DNA from: Minisyncoccota bacterium
GTDB taxonomy: Bacteria; Patescibacteriota; Minisyncoccia; Moranbacterales; UBA1568
Reading direction: 5' to 3'
Length of the DNA: 64,000 nt
Assembly: GCA_051306005.1 (NCBI GenBank)
Contig: JBPPMJ010000003.1
Coordinates: 33,764-97,763 of the forward strand
Notes under the pieces: generated by a model
The model's database searches: none
Told to the model about the DNA's origin: nothing
The model's input: only the letters and a program-made list of their open reading frames with translations
In this document: positions 54,686 to 64,000 of the stretch, piece by piece
Numbering within the stretch: the first letter of the stretch is position 1
Layout of the letters: each line of letters begins with the position of its first letter
Program-made: the position numbers and the translations under genes

Positions 54686-56335
54686 ATGAATAAAAAATAT
54701 TGGTTGATTATTGTGATAGCGGGATTGATCGGGCTAGGGTCTTGGTCTGTTGGATATTTGGGTAATCGTGAGGAAAAGCGTACACAAGTAGCAAATGAAT
54801 TCAAAGAGAATGGCGCATTTTCACGTGATGTAACTGGTTTGCCTGAAGCACGGACAGCGGAAGTAGTAGCACTCAAGGATGGCGATACGTACGAGATGGA
54901 AATGAGTGCGGTCAAGAAAAAAGTCGGTAATCAATGGATGCGGATGCTCGCGTACAATGGCTCTATACCCGGTCCGACGCTAAGCATTACAGAAGGAGCA
55001 CAGGTAACGATACGCATCAAGAATAATTTGGATATTCAGACAACACTTCATTCGCATGGAGTGCGGATGGACAATGGATTTGATGGTGTGCCTGATATGA
55101 CACAGGTGCCGATTGCGCCAGGTGAAACATTTGTCTATCAATTGAAATTTCCTGATGCTGGTGTGTATTGGTATCACCCACACGTGCGGACGGACTATAC
55201 GATTGAGTCCGGTTTGTATGGGAATTATATCGTAACGCCTACGGACAAAAATTATTGGGCGCCTGCTAATCGGGAAGTTACGTTGATGCTAGATGACGTC
55301 GCATTGGACGACTATGGATTGTTGCCATTTCAAAAACAAGTTGATCATGTGTTGATGGGACGGTTTGGTGATACGATGCTCATCAATGGAGGAACCGATT
55401 ATACACTGACAGCCAAACAGGGAGAAGTAGTACGGTTGTATTTGACTAATACCGCCAATACCCGAGTATTCAATTTTGCACTGCCAAATGTCAAGATGAA
55501 ATTGGTCGGCGCGGACATAGGGAAATATGAGCAGGAACAGTGGGTAGAGGAAGTATTGATTGGACCAGGAGAACGGCGCGTTGTGGAGGTACTCTTTGAA
55601 AAACAGGGGAAGTATCAGATACTGCACAAGACTCCGGGTAAGCAATATGTCTTGGGTACGGTATCGGTGGCATCAGAAATGGCTGATCCTCTGCTGGCGG
55701 GAACATTTTCATCACTACGAACCAACGAGGCCATAATGACGGACGCGGAGATTCTCAAGCGATTTATTGATGCGCCGGTCGCCAAGAGTCTGCGTTTGAC
55801 GCTTGATATGAATGGGAGAATGCAGAATATGATGCGTCAAGGCGGGATGATGGGCGGGGGACATATGATGAGTGATGGGACGATGATGTCGGGTGATGCG
55901 ATGGGTGACATGATGGGTCAAGGTGATGATGGTGATGCGATAGAGTGGGAAGATACGATGTCAGCGATGAATCAGGTATCTACTCCGGATATGGTACAGT
56001 GGAAACTCGAAGATACCGTCACCAAGAAAACCAATATGGATATCAATGATTGGACATTCAAGAAGGGTGACCACATAAAAATCCGTATTTTCAACGATCC
56101 GCAATCAATACATCCGATGCAACACCCGATTCATTTTCACGGACAACGATTTATGATACTCGCAACCAATGGCGTGCGAGACAACAATCCTGTGTGGCGG
56201 GACACGACGCTGATTCCTAAAGGTGATACGGTAGATATTCTCCTTGAGGCTTCCAATCCGGGGAAGTGGATGGCGCACTGCCATATTTTGGAACACGCGG
56301 AAGGCGGAATGATGATGCCATTTACCGTGGAGTAA
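54686..56335 (+). CDS. multicopper oxidase (CueO/CopA-type) with a Met-rich insert
   Basis: Copper-ligand motifs HSHGV, WYHPH, HPIHFHG and HCHILEHAEGGMMM; Met-rich stretch MMRQGGMMGGGHMMSDGTMMSGDAMGDMMGQG. Confidence 0.85.
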   Translation: MNKKYWLIIVIAGLIGLGSWSVGYLGNREEKRTQVANEFKENGAFSRDVTGLPEARTAEVVALKDGDTYEMEMSAVKKKVGNQWMRMLAYNGSIPGPTLSITEGAQVTIRIKNNLDIQTTLHSHGVRMDNGFDGVPDMTQVPIAPGETFVYQLKFPDAGVYWYHPHVRTDYTIESGLYGNYIVTPTDKNYWAPANREVTLMLDDVALDDYGLLPFQKQVDHVLMGRFGDTMLINGGTDYTLTAKQGEVVRLYLTNTANTRVFNFALPNVKMKLVGADIGKYEQEQWVEEVLIGPGERRVVEVLFEKQGKYQILHKTPGKQYVLGTVSVASEMADPLLAGTFSSLRTNEAIMTDAEILKRFIDAPVAKSLRLTLDMNGRMQNMMRQGGMMGGGHMMSDGTMMSGDAMGDMMGQGDDGDAIEWEDTMSAMNQVSTPDMVQWKLEDTVTKKTNMDINDWTFKKGDHIKIRIFNDPQSIHPMQHPIHFHGQRFMILATNGVRDNNPVWRDTTLIPKGDTVDILLEASNPGKWMAHCHILEHAEGGMMMPFTVE

Positions 56336-56351
56336 GCTATTCCATTTTATA

Positions 56352-57704
56352 ATGCGAAAAAATATGGGGAAAATAACACTGAACATTAAGGGAATGCACT
56401 GTCGATCGTGCGAGCTGATGACGGAAGAAGAATTACGCGCAGTATCGGGTGTCAAAGACGCCAAGACGAATTTTCGTTCCGGTACGGCAGAGGTGTTTTA
56501 TGAGGAAGTGAAGCCGGATGCGCTCAGTTTGGAAAAAGCCGTACAGAGAGCCGGATATACTCTTGGTCAGAGTAAGCGTCAATGGGTAACCTCTGATACG
56601 GAGGGTTGGGTGGGATTGTTGTTCGCCATCGGTATCACGGCGGTACTGTATTTTTTCGCGCAGGCGTTTGGGTTGTTCACGCTTTCGCTCGGATCAGCAC
56701 AGAGGCTTGAGAGTCTACCCTTTGTGCTCCTTTTGGGTATGGTAGCGGGATTTTCTACCTGTATGGCGATGATCGGCGGATTAGTATTGGCGATCGTAGC
56801 ACGTTATAGCGAACGGCATCCGGAAGTGACCGTGCGTCAGAAATTTCTCCCTAATGTATATTTCAATATTGGGCGAGTCGGAGGATTTGCAGTGTTCGGA
56901 GGACTGCTCGGGTGGTTCGGATCGATACTGCAACTGTCATCGCTTATGGTAGGAGTGATGACAGTTTTTGTCGGGGGAGTAATGTTGTTTATCGGAGTGC
57001 AGTTATTAGAACTCTTCCCGCGTCTCTCCGCGTGGAAACTGATGTTGCCAAAAAGTATCGCGCGCGTTCTTGGGATTCAGGCGCACACGAAAAAAGAGTA
57101 CAGTCATTCTCGGGCAATCGCGATCGGGGTGTTGACGTTTTTCTTGCCCTGCGGATTTACGCAGGCGGTACAGTTGTACGTCGTGACTGTGGGGAGTCCG
57201 CTCATCGGAGCTTTGACGATGGGAGCGTTTGCTCTGGGTACGGTTCCGGGACTGCTCAGTATCGGCGGTATTGTCTCGATTGTTCAAGGATCGGCACGCG
57301 GATTTTTCTTCAAGACAGCCGGTGTCGCCGTCATCGCGCTTGGCGTGCTCAATTTCCAGAATGGCACGACACTGGTCAAGCTCGGTGCCCAATCGTTCAT
57401 CAAGAGTGGTACGGTTTTGACTGGCGGGGTGGTGGGCGATGTACAGGTAATCCGCATCACGCAAACGGCCAACGGCTATTCTCCCGATGAGTTGACTGTC
57501 AAAAAAGGTCGGCCAGTAAAACTCATCATTGATTCCCAAGACTCTTATACTTGCGCATCAACTTTCAATATGCCGAAAATGGGGATTCAGGAAACACTCA
57601 GTCCCGGTGAAAATGTGTTTACATTCGTGCCGGAAAAATCGGGACCGATACCGTTCAGTTGCAGTATGGGGATGTTTCGTGGAACGATGCATGTTGTTGA
57701 ATAA
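56352..57704 (+). CDS. fusion protein: N-terminal HMA domain, a polytopic permease domain (DsbD/CcdA- or TauE-like, with two intramembrane Cys) and a C-terminal cupredoxin-like beta domain
   Basis: GMHCRSCE (MxCxxC); about 7 TM helices with FSTCMAM and FFLPCGF; C-terminal 100 aa with YTCAST...FSCSMGMFRGTMHV. Confidence 0.6.
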   Translation: MRKNMGKITLNIKGMHCRSCELMTEEELRAVSGVKDAKTNFRSGTAEVFYEEVKPDALSLEKAVQRAGYTLGQSKRQWVTSDTEGWVGLLFAIGITAVLYFFAQAFGLFTLSLGSAQRLESLPFVLLLGMVAGFSTCMAMIGGLVLAIVARYSERHPEVTVRQKFLPNVYFNIGRVGGFAVFGGLLGWFGSILQLSSLMVGVMTVFVGGVMLFIGVQLLELFPRLSAWKLMLPKSIARVLGIQAHTKKEYSHSRAIAIGVLTFFLPCGFTQAVQLYVVTVGSPLIGALTMGAFALGTVPGLLSIGGIVSIVQGSARGFFFKTAGVAVIALGVLNFQNGTTLVKLGAQSFIKSGTVLTGGVVGDVQVIRITQTANGYSPDELTVKKGRPVKLIIDSQDSYTCASTFNMPKMGIQETLSPGENVFTFVPEKSGPIPFSCSMGMFRGTMHVVE

Positions 57705-57720
57705 TCATTGATGAAATAAT

Positions 57721-60096
57721 ATGGAAACCAAGACAGCTGGTGGTGAAGCGATGCGGGTACAGCTCTCTATCGGCGGGATGCATTGTGCATCGTGCGCCAA
57801 TATCATTGATCGCGAATTGAAAAAAGTACCAGGGGTATGGCAATCCAACGTCAATTTCGGGACGGAAAAAGCGACGGTGAGTTTTGATGGAACGACGAAT
57901 ATTGACGCGTTGAAAAAAGTAATCAAAGAAGCCGGCTACACAGCGGACGTGGTGGATGTGGCAGATATCGAATACGAAACCAAGAAACGTTCCCGTGTCG
58001 AGCGAGAGTGGCGCCAGAAATTTTTGTGGGGGCTGGCATTGTCGTTCCCGATGTTTTATTTTATGCTGTTTGATTTTTTTCATATTTTTGGTCGGACGAT
58101 ACTTTTGCCGTATGTCGGTATTTTCTCTTTACTCCTAACTCTTCCGGTGCAATTTTGGATTGGCAAGGGCTTCTATCACGGGATGTGGTCGTCGCTCAAG
58201 ATGCGGATGTTCAATATGGATAGTCTGATTGCCATCGGAACGACGATGGCTTTCATCTACAGTACAGCGAATTATCTTCTCTATGCAGTACAGAATGCCT
58301 CGCTAGTCGGCGTGTGGGGAGAAAAAATTCCGGAATTATATTTTGAGACGGCGGCGTTTCTGATTACATTTGTCATTTTTGGCAAGTGGCTTGAGGCACG
58401 CACCAAGGGAAAAACGTCAGACGCTATCCGATCTTTGATGCAACTTTCCGCCAAGACTGCGCGTGTGGTACGAAACGACACAACAGAAGATATTTCAGTG
58501 GAGGATGTTGTGCACGGTGATGTGGTAGTTGTGCGCCCGGGGGAGCGGATACCAGTGGACGGCGTGGTACGGATAGGGCACTCCACGGTGGATGAGTCGA
58601 TGGTCACAGGAGAAAGTATGCCAGTGGAAAAAAATGTCGGTGCGATGGTGATCGGCGGGACGGTCAACAAAGTGGGAAGTTTCGAATTTTCAGCGACACG
58701 CGTGGGCAGTGAAACGACGTTAGCAAACATCGTGCGTCTGATAGAGGAAGCGCAGGGATCAAAAGCGCCGATTCAGGATTTTGCCGATCGTATCGCGGGT
58801 TGGTTTGTACCGGCAGTAATCAGTATCGCACTCCTCACATTTGTCGTGTGGTATTTTTTCCTGGGCGCATCATTTGCTTTTGCGGTGATGACCTTTACGG
58901 CAGTGATTGTTATCGCCTGTCCTTGCGCGCTTGGGTTGGCAACACCGACGGCCTTGATGGTTGGGACTGGAAGAGGCGCCCAAAACGGCATCTTGATCAA
59001 AGGTGGCGGACCACTAGAAGCGACACGAGCCATCACCGCTATCGTGTTTGACAAGACCGGAACACTGACCAAAGGAAAACCGGAAGTGACCGATATTTTG
59101 TCATTTGGCACGCGATCAGAAAATGATATCGTAACCGTTACTGCTTCACTGGAACGGCAATCGGAACATCCATTGGCGGAAGCGATTTATGCTTTTGCTG
59201 AAAAAAATGGTTTAGCATCGCAGGCTGTCACGGATTTTCAGGCACTCTCCGGCAAAGGTGTGATTGGTAGGATAGACGGAAAGATATACGCTTTTGGCAA
59301 TCGAATGCTGGTCGCAGAACAAGGTATCGCACTTTCAGCAGAAGCCGAGCAGATAGTGATGGATTGGGAATCAGTCGGGAAAACCGTGATGTACCTGATG
59401 GAAAACAAAGTGGTACTTGGGGCGATCGCGGTCGCGGACACGGTCAAGGAAACTTCCAAAGAAGCGGTACGGCAACTCAAAAAATTCGGATTGGAAGTGT
59501 GGATGGTGACGGGCGATAACGAGCGCACGGCCCAGGCGATTGCGAAAGCAGTCAACATTGACAATGTGATGGCGGGAGTTCTGCCAGAACACAAAGCAAC
59601 GAAGATCAAGGAATTGCAATCACAAGGAAAAAAAGTGGCGATGGTCGGAGACGGTATCAATGACGCGCCGGCATTGGCACAAGCGGATCTCGGAATCGCG
59701 ATGGGTGCTGGGACAGATGTCGCGATGGAGACGGGCGGGATTGTCCTGATGAAAAACGATTTGCGCGACGTGGCGACAGCTTTTGAACTCTCGCGGGAAA
59801 CGATGAGCAAGATCAAGCAGAATCTGTTTTTCGCGTTGCTCTACAATGTGATGGGTATTCCCATAGCTGGCAGGGTATTCATCGGTTTCGGTATCGTGCT
59901 GAAACCGGAATTGGCAGGATTGGCGATGGCGCTCTCATCGGTGTCGGTGGTTATCAATTCTCTCCTTCTGCGCTTTTTCCGTCCGGGAAAGCGTAACTGG
60001 CTGTCATTTGTAGCGCCGTTTGTAATGGTGTTGGCATTTTCGTTCCTATTTTTTGAATTCGCCCGACTGAGTAGCACCCAGTCTATGGGGATGTAA
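57721..60096 (+). CDS. copA: Cu(I)-translocating P1B-type ATPase
   Basis: N-terminal [12 protein letters not shown]; CPC in [11 protein letters not shown]; DKTGTLT; SEHPLA; [10 protein letters not shown]; MALSS in the last TM helix. Confidence 0.9.
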   Translation: METKTAGGEAMRVQLSIGGMHCASCANIIDRELKKVPGVWQSNVNFGTEKATVSFDGTTNIDALKKVIKEAGYTADVVDVADIEYETKKRSRVEREWRQKFLWGLALSFPMFYFMLFDFFHIFGRTILLPYVGIFSLLLTLPVQFWIGKGFYHGMWSSLKMRMFNMDSLIAIGTTMAFIYSTANYLLYAVQNASLVGVWGEKIPELYFETAAFLITFVIFGKWLEARTKGKTSDAIRSLMQLSAKTARVVRNDTTEDISVEDVVHGDVVVVRPGERIPVDGVVRIGHSTVDESMVTGESMPVEKNVGAMVIGGTVNKVGSFEFSATRVGSETTLANIVRLIEEAQGSKAPIQDFADRIAGWFVPAVISIALLTFVVWYFFLGASFAFAVMTFTAVIVIACPCALGLATPTALMVGTGRGAQNGILIKGGGPLEATRAITAIVFDKTGTLTKGKPEVTDILSFGTRSENDIVTVTASLERQSEHPLAEAIYAFAEKNGLASQAVTDFQALSGKGVIGRIDGKIYAFGNRMLVAEQGIALSAEAEQIVMDWESVGKTVMYLMENKVVLGAIAVADTVKETSKEAVRQLKKFGLEVWMVTGDNERTAQAIAKAVNIDNVMAGVLPEHKATKIKELQSQGKKVAMVGDGINDAPALAQADLGIAMGAGTDVAMETGGIVLMKNDLRDVATAFELSRETMSKIKQNLFFALLYNVMGIPIAGRVFIGFGIVLKPELAGLAMALSSVSVVINSLLLRFFRPGKRNWLSFVAPFVMVLAFSFLFFEFARLSSTQSMGM

Positions 60097-60172
60097 CGAC
60101 ATCAAGATGTTTAATTTCCAAATTATTAGACTGTTATGATGCAATAATCATAAGACATAAGTAAAAAAATAT

Positions 60173-60568
60173 ATGGAAACAACAAAATATGGTTTCGGGA
60201 AAACCGTTACGCTTTCCTTTGCGGATGCGGTCGTAAAGGTGAAGGAAGCACTGGCGATTGAGGGCTTTGGTCAGCTGACGGAAATAGATGTGCAAGCCAA
60301 ATTGAAAGAGAAAATCGGAGCAGAGATGGAGCCGTACCTCATTCTCGGGATGTGCAATCCACAGTTGGCACATCGCGCGCTTTTGGTGGAAATGGAAATC
60401 GGTTTGCTCTTCCCGTGTAATGTCATTGTTTATGAGAAGGATGGCATCGTACGTATCATGGCACAACAACCGAGTTTGATGTCGGAACTTATACAAAAAC
60501 CAGAGGTCTCAGCGGTGGCAGGTGAAGCAGAAGTGTGCCTCCGCAGAGCATTGGAATCTATTTTGTAA
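60173..60568 (+). CDS. DUF302-family protein
   Basis: 131 aa; GFGQLTEIDVQAKLKEK...YLILGMCNP matches the DUF302 pattern. Confidence 0.6.
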   Translation: METTKYGFGKTVTLSFADAVVKVKEALAIEGFGQLTEIDVQAKLKEKIGAEMEPYLILGMCNPQLAHRALLVEMEIGLLFPCNVIVYEKDGIVRIMAQQPSLMSELIQKPEVSAVAGEAEVCLRRALESIL

Positions 60569-60580
60569 TCATCTATTCTT

Positions 60581-62836
60581 ATGCACCATCAGCATTACGA
60601 TATACCAAAAGAAGCAGTCAAGCAAAAAAATCGCTGTTCATACGACGAAAATTGTCTTGCCTGCATGGCGGAAAAACTCAGTGTGTCTTGCGGTTGTGCT
60701 CTGGAAGCGAAGCAGTACGAATATGCGAAAGATACGCATACTGGACAGCAGAAACAGACTGATCATCACGCGGGGCACGACATGAGCGCAATGCCCGCTC
60801 ACCATAGTCACAGTGCGGGAGGGTCGCATATGGATCATGATGTGGCGATGACCGATCCCCGGATGGCCAAAGCGATGGAAAAGGATATGCGTCGTCGCTT
60901 TTTCATATCGCTTACGCTGACCATTCCCATCGTTCTCTATTCGCCGATGGGAGAAATGTTGTTCGGGATCAGGCTGTTCTCACCCATTCACAATGGCCTG
61001 CTCCTGTTTCTATTGACGACGCCGGTGGTTTTTTGGACTGGTTCCATATTCATTACTGGGGCGTACTATTCGCTCAAGGCCAGAAAACTCAATATGGCGG
61101 TGCTGGTCGCGACTGGAGTGCTCGCGGCTTTTCTCGGGAGTCTGATCATTTCTCTGTTGGGCGGTGAAGAAGTCTTCTATGAAGCCGCGGCGATGCTGGT
61201 GACGTTTGTGCTTTTCGGACACTGGATGGAGATGAAATCACGACGCGGGACATCTGATTCCTTGCGCGCACTGTTCGATCTGGTACCGCCACAGGCACGT
61301 GTGGTGCGCGATGGTCAGGAGATGCTTATCGCGAGTGTCGACGTAACACGAGGTGACATTGTGATTGTAAAGCCTGGTGACAAGATTCCCGTAGATGGAG
61401 AAATTACACAGGGAGAAACAGCGATTGATGAGGCGCTAGTGACTGGCGAATCTCTGCCTGTTGCCAAAAAAATCGGTGACCGAGTCATCGGCGGATCCAT
61501 CAATCAAAACGGATCCATCCAATTCCGTGCCACGAAAGTCGGAGCGGATACCGTTTTGGCGTCTATCATCAAGATGGTGGAGACCGCGCAGAACTCCAAA
61601 GCCCCGGGACAGCGCATCGCGGATCAAGCGGCAGCTTGGCTGGTCGCTCTGGCAGTCGGATCTGGTATTCTCGCGTTTGTCGGTTGGTATTTTGTGGCCG
61701 GTGCGACGCTCATTGTCGCATTGACTTTCGCTATTGCCACCATCGTTATTGCATGTCCGGACGCGCTCGGGTTGGCGACACCGACAGCGGTCGCAGTTGG
61801 GACAGGGCTGGGTGCGAAACATAATATTCTCATAAAGGATGCCACCACCCTTGAGGGCGCATCGAAAATAAATGCCATCGTGCTGGATAAGACAGGTACG
61901 CTCACGCAAGGCAAACCGCAGGTGACTGACGTGATTGCAAGTGGAGAGATGACGGAAGATAATCTCCTTGTATTGACGGCAAGTGTCGAGATGAAATCCA
62001 ATCACCCTATTTCTATGGCGATTCTGGAGGAAGCACGCAAGAGAGGTGTTACTTTCTTGGAAGCGGAAAATTTCCAATCATTGGCGGGAATGGGACTGGA
62101 AGCAATCGTTGATGGAAAAAATATCTTGATCGGCACGGAACGTTTGCTCCGTGATCGGAACATCAGCGTAGAGCATCTAAGAGGCGCGATCGACACACTG
62201 TTAACCAATGGGAAAACGCTGAGCATCGTCGCCGTTGACAACTATGCCATCGGATTGATTGGTATTTCCGACCAGGTGCGCACGACATCAAAGAAAACGA
62301 TTACGGAGTTGAAGCGTCTCGGTATTGAAACAGCAATGATCACAGGGGACAACACAACTATTGCTGAAGCGGTCGGGGCAGAGCTCGGCATCGACCGGGT
62401 TTTCGCGGAAGTTTTGCCAGCGGACAAGGCGAGCTATGTCAAGAAACTTCAGGACGAGGGGAAGTTTGTCGCGATGGTCGGTGATGGTGTTAATGATGCA
62501 CCAGCTTTGGCACAAGCAGACATTAGCATCGCCATCGGTGCGGGCACAGATGTCGCCATCGAAACAGCAAATATCGTCTTGATGAAATCCGATCCGTACG
62601 ACATCGTGGCTGCCATTCGTTTGAGCAAGGCGACCGTTCGGAAAATGAAACAGAATCTTTTTTGGGCGGCGATTTACAACATACTCGCTATCCCTGTTGC
62701 CGCTGGCGTGTTTTATACGTCTCTCGGTTGGTCACTGCGTCCGGAAATCGCGGCGCTTCTGATGTCTGCGTCGTCCATTATCGTCGCGACCAACGCCGTG
62801 CTTTTGAAACGAGTCGAACCGCATCTCAAAGTATAG
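60581..62836 (+). CDS. P1B-type heavy-metal ATPase with a His/Cys-rich N-terminus (CopB-like) and a CPD intramembrane motif
   Basis: N-terminus MHHQHYD...CSYDENCLACMAEKLSVSCGC...DHHAGHDMSAMPAHHSHSAGGSHMDHD; IACPDALGLATP; DKTGTLT; SNHPIS; GDGVNDAPAL; MSASS. Confidence 0.85.
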   Translation: MHHQHYDIPKEAVKQKNRCSYDENCLACMAEKLSVSCGCALEAKQYEYAKDTHTGQQKQTDHHAGHDMSAMPAHHSHSAGGSHMDHDVAMTDPRMAKAMEKDMRRRFFISLTLTIPIVLYSPMGEMLFGIRLFSPIHNGLLLFLLTTPVVFWTGSIFITGAYYSLKARKLNMAVLVATGVLAAFLGSLIISLLGGEEVFYEAAAMLVTFVLFGHWMEMKSRRGTSDSLRALFDLVPPQARVVRDGQEMLIASVDVTRGDIVIVKPGDKIPVDGEITQGETAIDEALVTGESLPVAKKIGDRVIGGSINQNGSIQFRATKVGADTVLASIIKMVETAQNSKAPGQRIADQAAAWLVALAVGSGILAFVGWYFVAGATLIVALTFAIATIVIACPDALGLATPTAVAVGTGLGAKHNILIKDATTLEGASKINAIVLDKTGTLTQGKPQVTDVIASGEMTEDNLLVLTASVEMKSNHPISMAILEEARKRGVTFLEAENFQSLAGMGLEAIVDGKNILIGTERLLRDRNISVEHLRGAIDTLLTNGKTLSIVAVDNYAIGLIGISDQVRTTSKKTITELKRLGIETAMITGDNTTIAEAVGAELGIDRVFAEVLPADKASYVKKLQDEGKFVAMVGDGVNDAPALAQADISIAIGAGTDVAIETANIVLMKSDPYDIVAAIRLSKATVRKMKQNLFWAAIYNILAIPVAAGVFYTSLGWSLRPEIAALLMSASSIIVATNAVLLKRVEPHLKV

Positions 62837-62893
62837 TGGGTATCTTTTTGTCACAGGAGTGTTGAATCCAATAAAGAAAGGGGGTGAGTACGT

Positions 62894-63142
62894 ATGATGG
62901 GAAATTATTTTGGAAACGGCTATGGGTTTATGGGAGGATTCGGATTCTTCTTTATGATCTTTTTTTGGGGGTTGGTCATCTGGGCAATTATCACGCTGGT
63001 GCAGTCCGTATCTAGAAACAACACTCAGTCTGTCGGTGGGTCACAGGTTGACACAGCGCTGGAGATGCTTCGCAAGCGCTATGCTAAAGGTGAAATCACC
63101 AAGGCAGAGTTTGATCAGATGAAGAAAGATCTGGCGGAATAA
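62894..63142 (+). CDS. small membrane protein with a C-terminal SHOCT domain
   Basis: Gly/Phe-rich TM segment followed by LEMLRKRYAKGEITKAEFDQMKKDL (SHOCT signature). Confidence 0.6.
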   Translation: MMGNYFGNGYGFMGGFGFFFMIFFWGLVIWAIITLVQSVSRNNTQSVGGSQVDTALEMLRKRYAKGEITKAEFDQMKKDLAE

Positions 63143-63317
63143 CCCTTGTCGCAAGAGCACCCCGACTCACTTGGAGGGTTTAATCTTCAAGTGTTTTGGT
63201 GGTGCGTCACTCCCATGCGATCCAAGTGATATCCTATACGCAAGGAGTTATGTAATCGGTTACATACCAAATGTGACATATCAATGCGGTTTTTTTCGGA
63301 ACACCATTGTCAGGTAT

Positions 63318-63361
63318 AAAAAAGCAGTTATTGCTCTGTTGGGATAACCGCCTTTCTTTTT
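63318..63361. terminator. bidirectional intrinsic terminator between the SHOCT gene and the VanW-like gene
   Basis: AAAAAA-GCAGTTAT-(12-nt loop)-ATAACCGC-CTTTCTTTTT: A-run, hairpin and T-run. Confidence 0.5.
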
Positions 63362-63432
63362 GTCTGAAACGTCTTGCAACATTCTGAGTCCGAAGCCGTT
63401 TGTATACTGAAGGAATGAAGAGAGAAGGGGGG

Positions 63433-64000
63433 TCAAGGGTGAATTTTTTTGTAATCTTCCCATTGTTTTTTGGACCATCCACTTGGTTTTTCGGTATAGG
63501 TAGGAGTTTCTTCACCCGGATGCGGAAAAAGGCTGGGTGATTTGTAATTACTCCAAAATTTGTCTCGAATAAAGTTTTCTCCCATACTATTGTTCACTTC
63601 TTGAGTAAAAACTGTTTTCATACTGCCATCAGGATGACTTTCCAAAATATGCGGTCCATCTACTGTGGTAGTGCGCCCATCGTTGGTACCGTAAAAATGA
63701 AAAGTAAGGACCGTGCCTTCGATTGTTGCCTGCATCAAAATGGATCCTGGGGTATTGTTGACAAAGGTGAGATCGGGTTTGGGAATATAGATGGTAGCAT
63801 CCATACCATAGGGTGCATAGTAACGGACAGGGTAAGCATGGTTTCGACGCGCTGTTATTTTGAGTCCGCTGTAAATGGCAGCACGAAATACTGTGCTGGA
63901 TACCTGACAAATACCACCACCAAATTCTGGTTCAGTACGATTGTTTTTGATTACGAGTTCTGGGAGATAGCCATGCGCTTCGTCTACTTCTCCCAAATAA
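63433..64000 (-). CDS. VanW-family protein, C-terminal part (the N-terminus lies beyond the window end)
   Basis: GGGICQVSSTVFRAAIYSGLKI... VanW domain; the ORF runs into the window edge. Confidence 0.6.
   Translation of the reverse strand, partial: YLGEVDEAHGYLPELVIKNNRTEPEFGGGICQVSSTVFRAAIYSGLKITARRNHAYPVRYYAPYGMDATIYIPKPDLTFVNNTPGSILMQATIEGTVLTFHFYGTNDGRTTTVDGPHILESHPDGSMKTVFTQEVNNSMGENFIRDKFWSNYKSPSLFPHPGEETPTYTEKPSGWSKKQWEDYKKIHP

Overview
64 kb of a bacterial chromosome, about 45% GC, with gene content that resembles a small-genome, possibly CPR/Patescibacteria-like organism; that taxonomic call is an inference only.

Housekeeping genes, in order:
- atpG (3' end), atpD and atpC
- leuS, glmS, uppP, folD
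- parA and parB
- a 23S-5S rRNA operon with no 16S beside it, carrying a sigma70-like promoter and an E. coli-like boxA in the leader
- ftsW/rodA, secG, rnj, trpS, ychF
- groEL with no groES upstream
- pilB, rel, the zur-znuACB operon, topA-dprA and cspA
- two tRNA-Leu genes (CAA on the minus strand, CAG on the plus strand)
- scattered hexose-phosphate and nucleotide-sugar genes: an NTP-transferase, a HAD hydrolase, manC, a bifunctional PGI/PMI and a PGM/PMM

Three regions are unusual.
- Coordinates 11.0-13.6 kb hold a very AT-rich three-gene cassette of hypothetical proteins. It is tightly bracketed by roughly 200-bp inverted repeats that share a perfect 67-bp GC-rich core. The cassette sits directly at the 3' end of tRNA-Leu(CAA), and no integrase or transposase is recognisable.
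- Coordinates 54.1-63.1 kb hold a dense copper-handling locus: a Met/His-rich secreted protein, a Met-rich multicopper oxidase, an HMA-permease-cupredoxin-like fusion, a CPC-type CopA, a DUF302 protein, a second P1B ATPase with a His/Cys-rich N-terminus and an atypical CPD motif, and a SHOCT protein. A perfect palindrome lies at the promoter of the first gene.
- Coordinates 38.3-41.6 kb encode a 1100-aa membrane-anchored protein built from internal beta-sandwich repeats plus two C-terminal LamG-like domains.

Smaller observations are a divergent beta-carbonic-anhydrase-like protein, a terminator-bounded mini-locus carrying a Cys/His small ORF, an RNase J with a basic N-terminal extension, and a truncated Rel.
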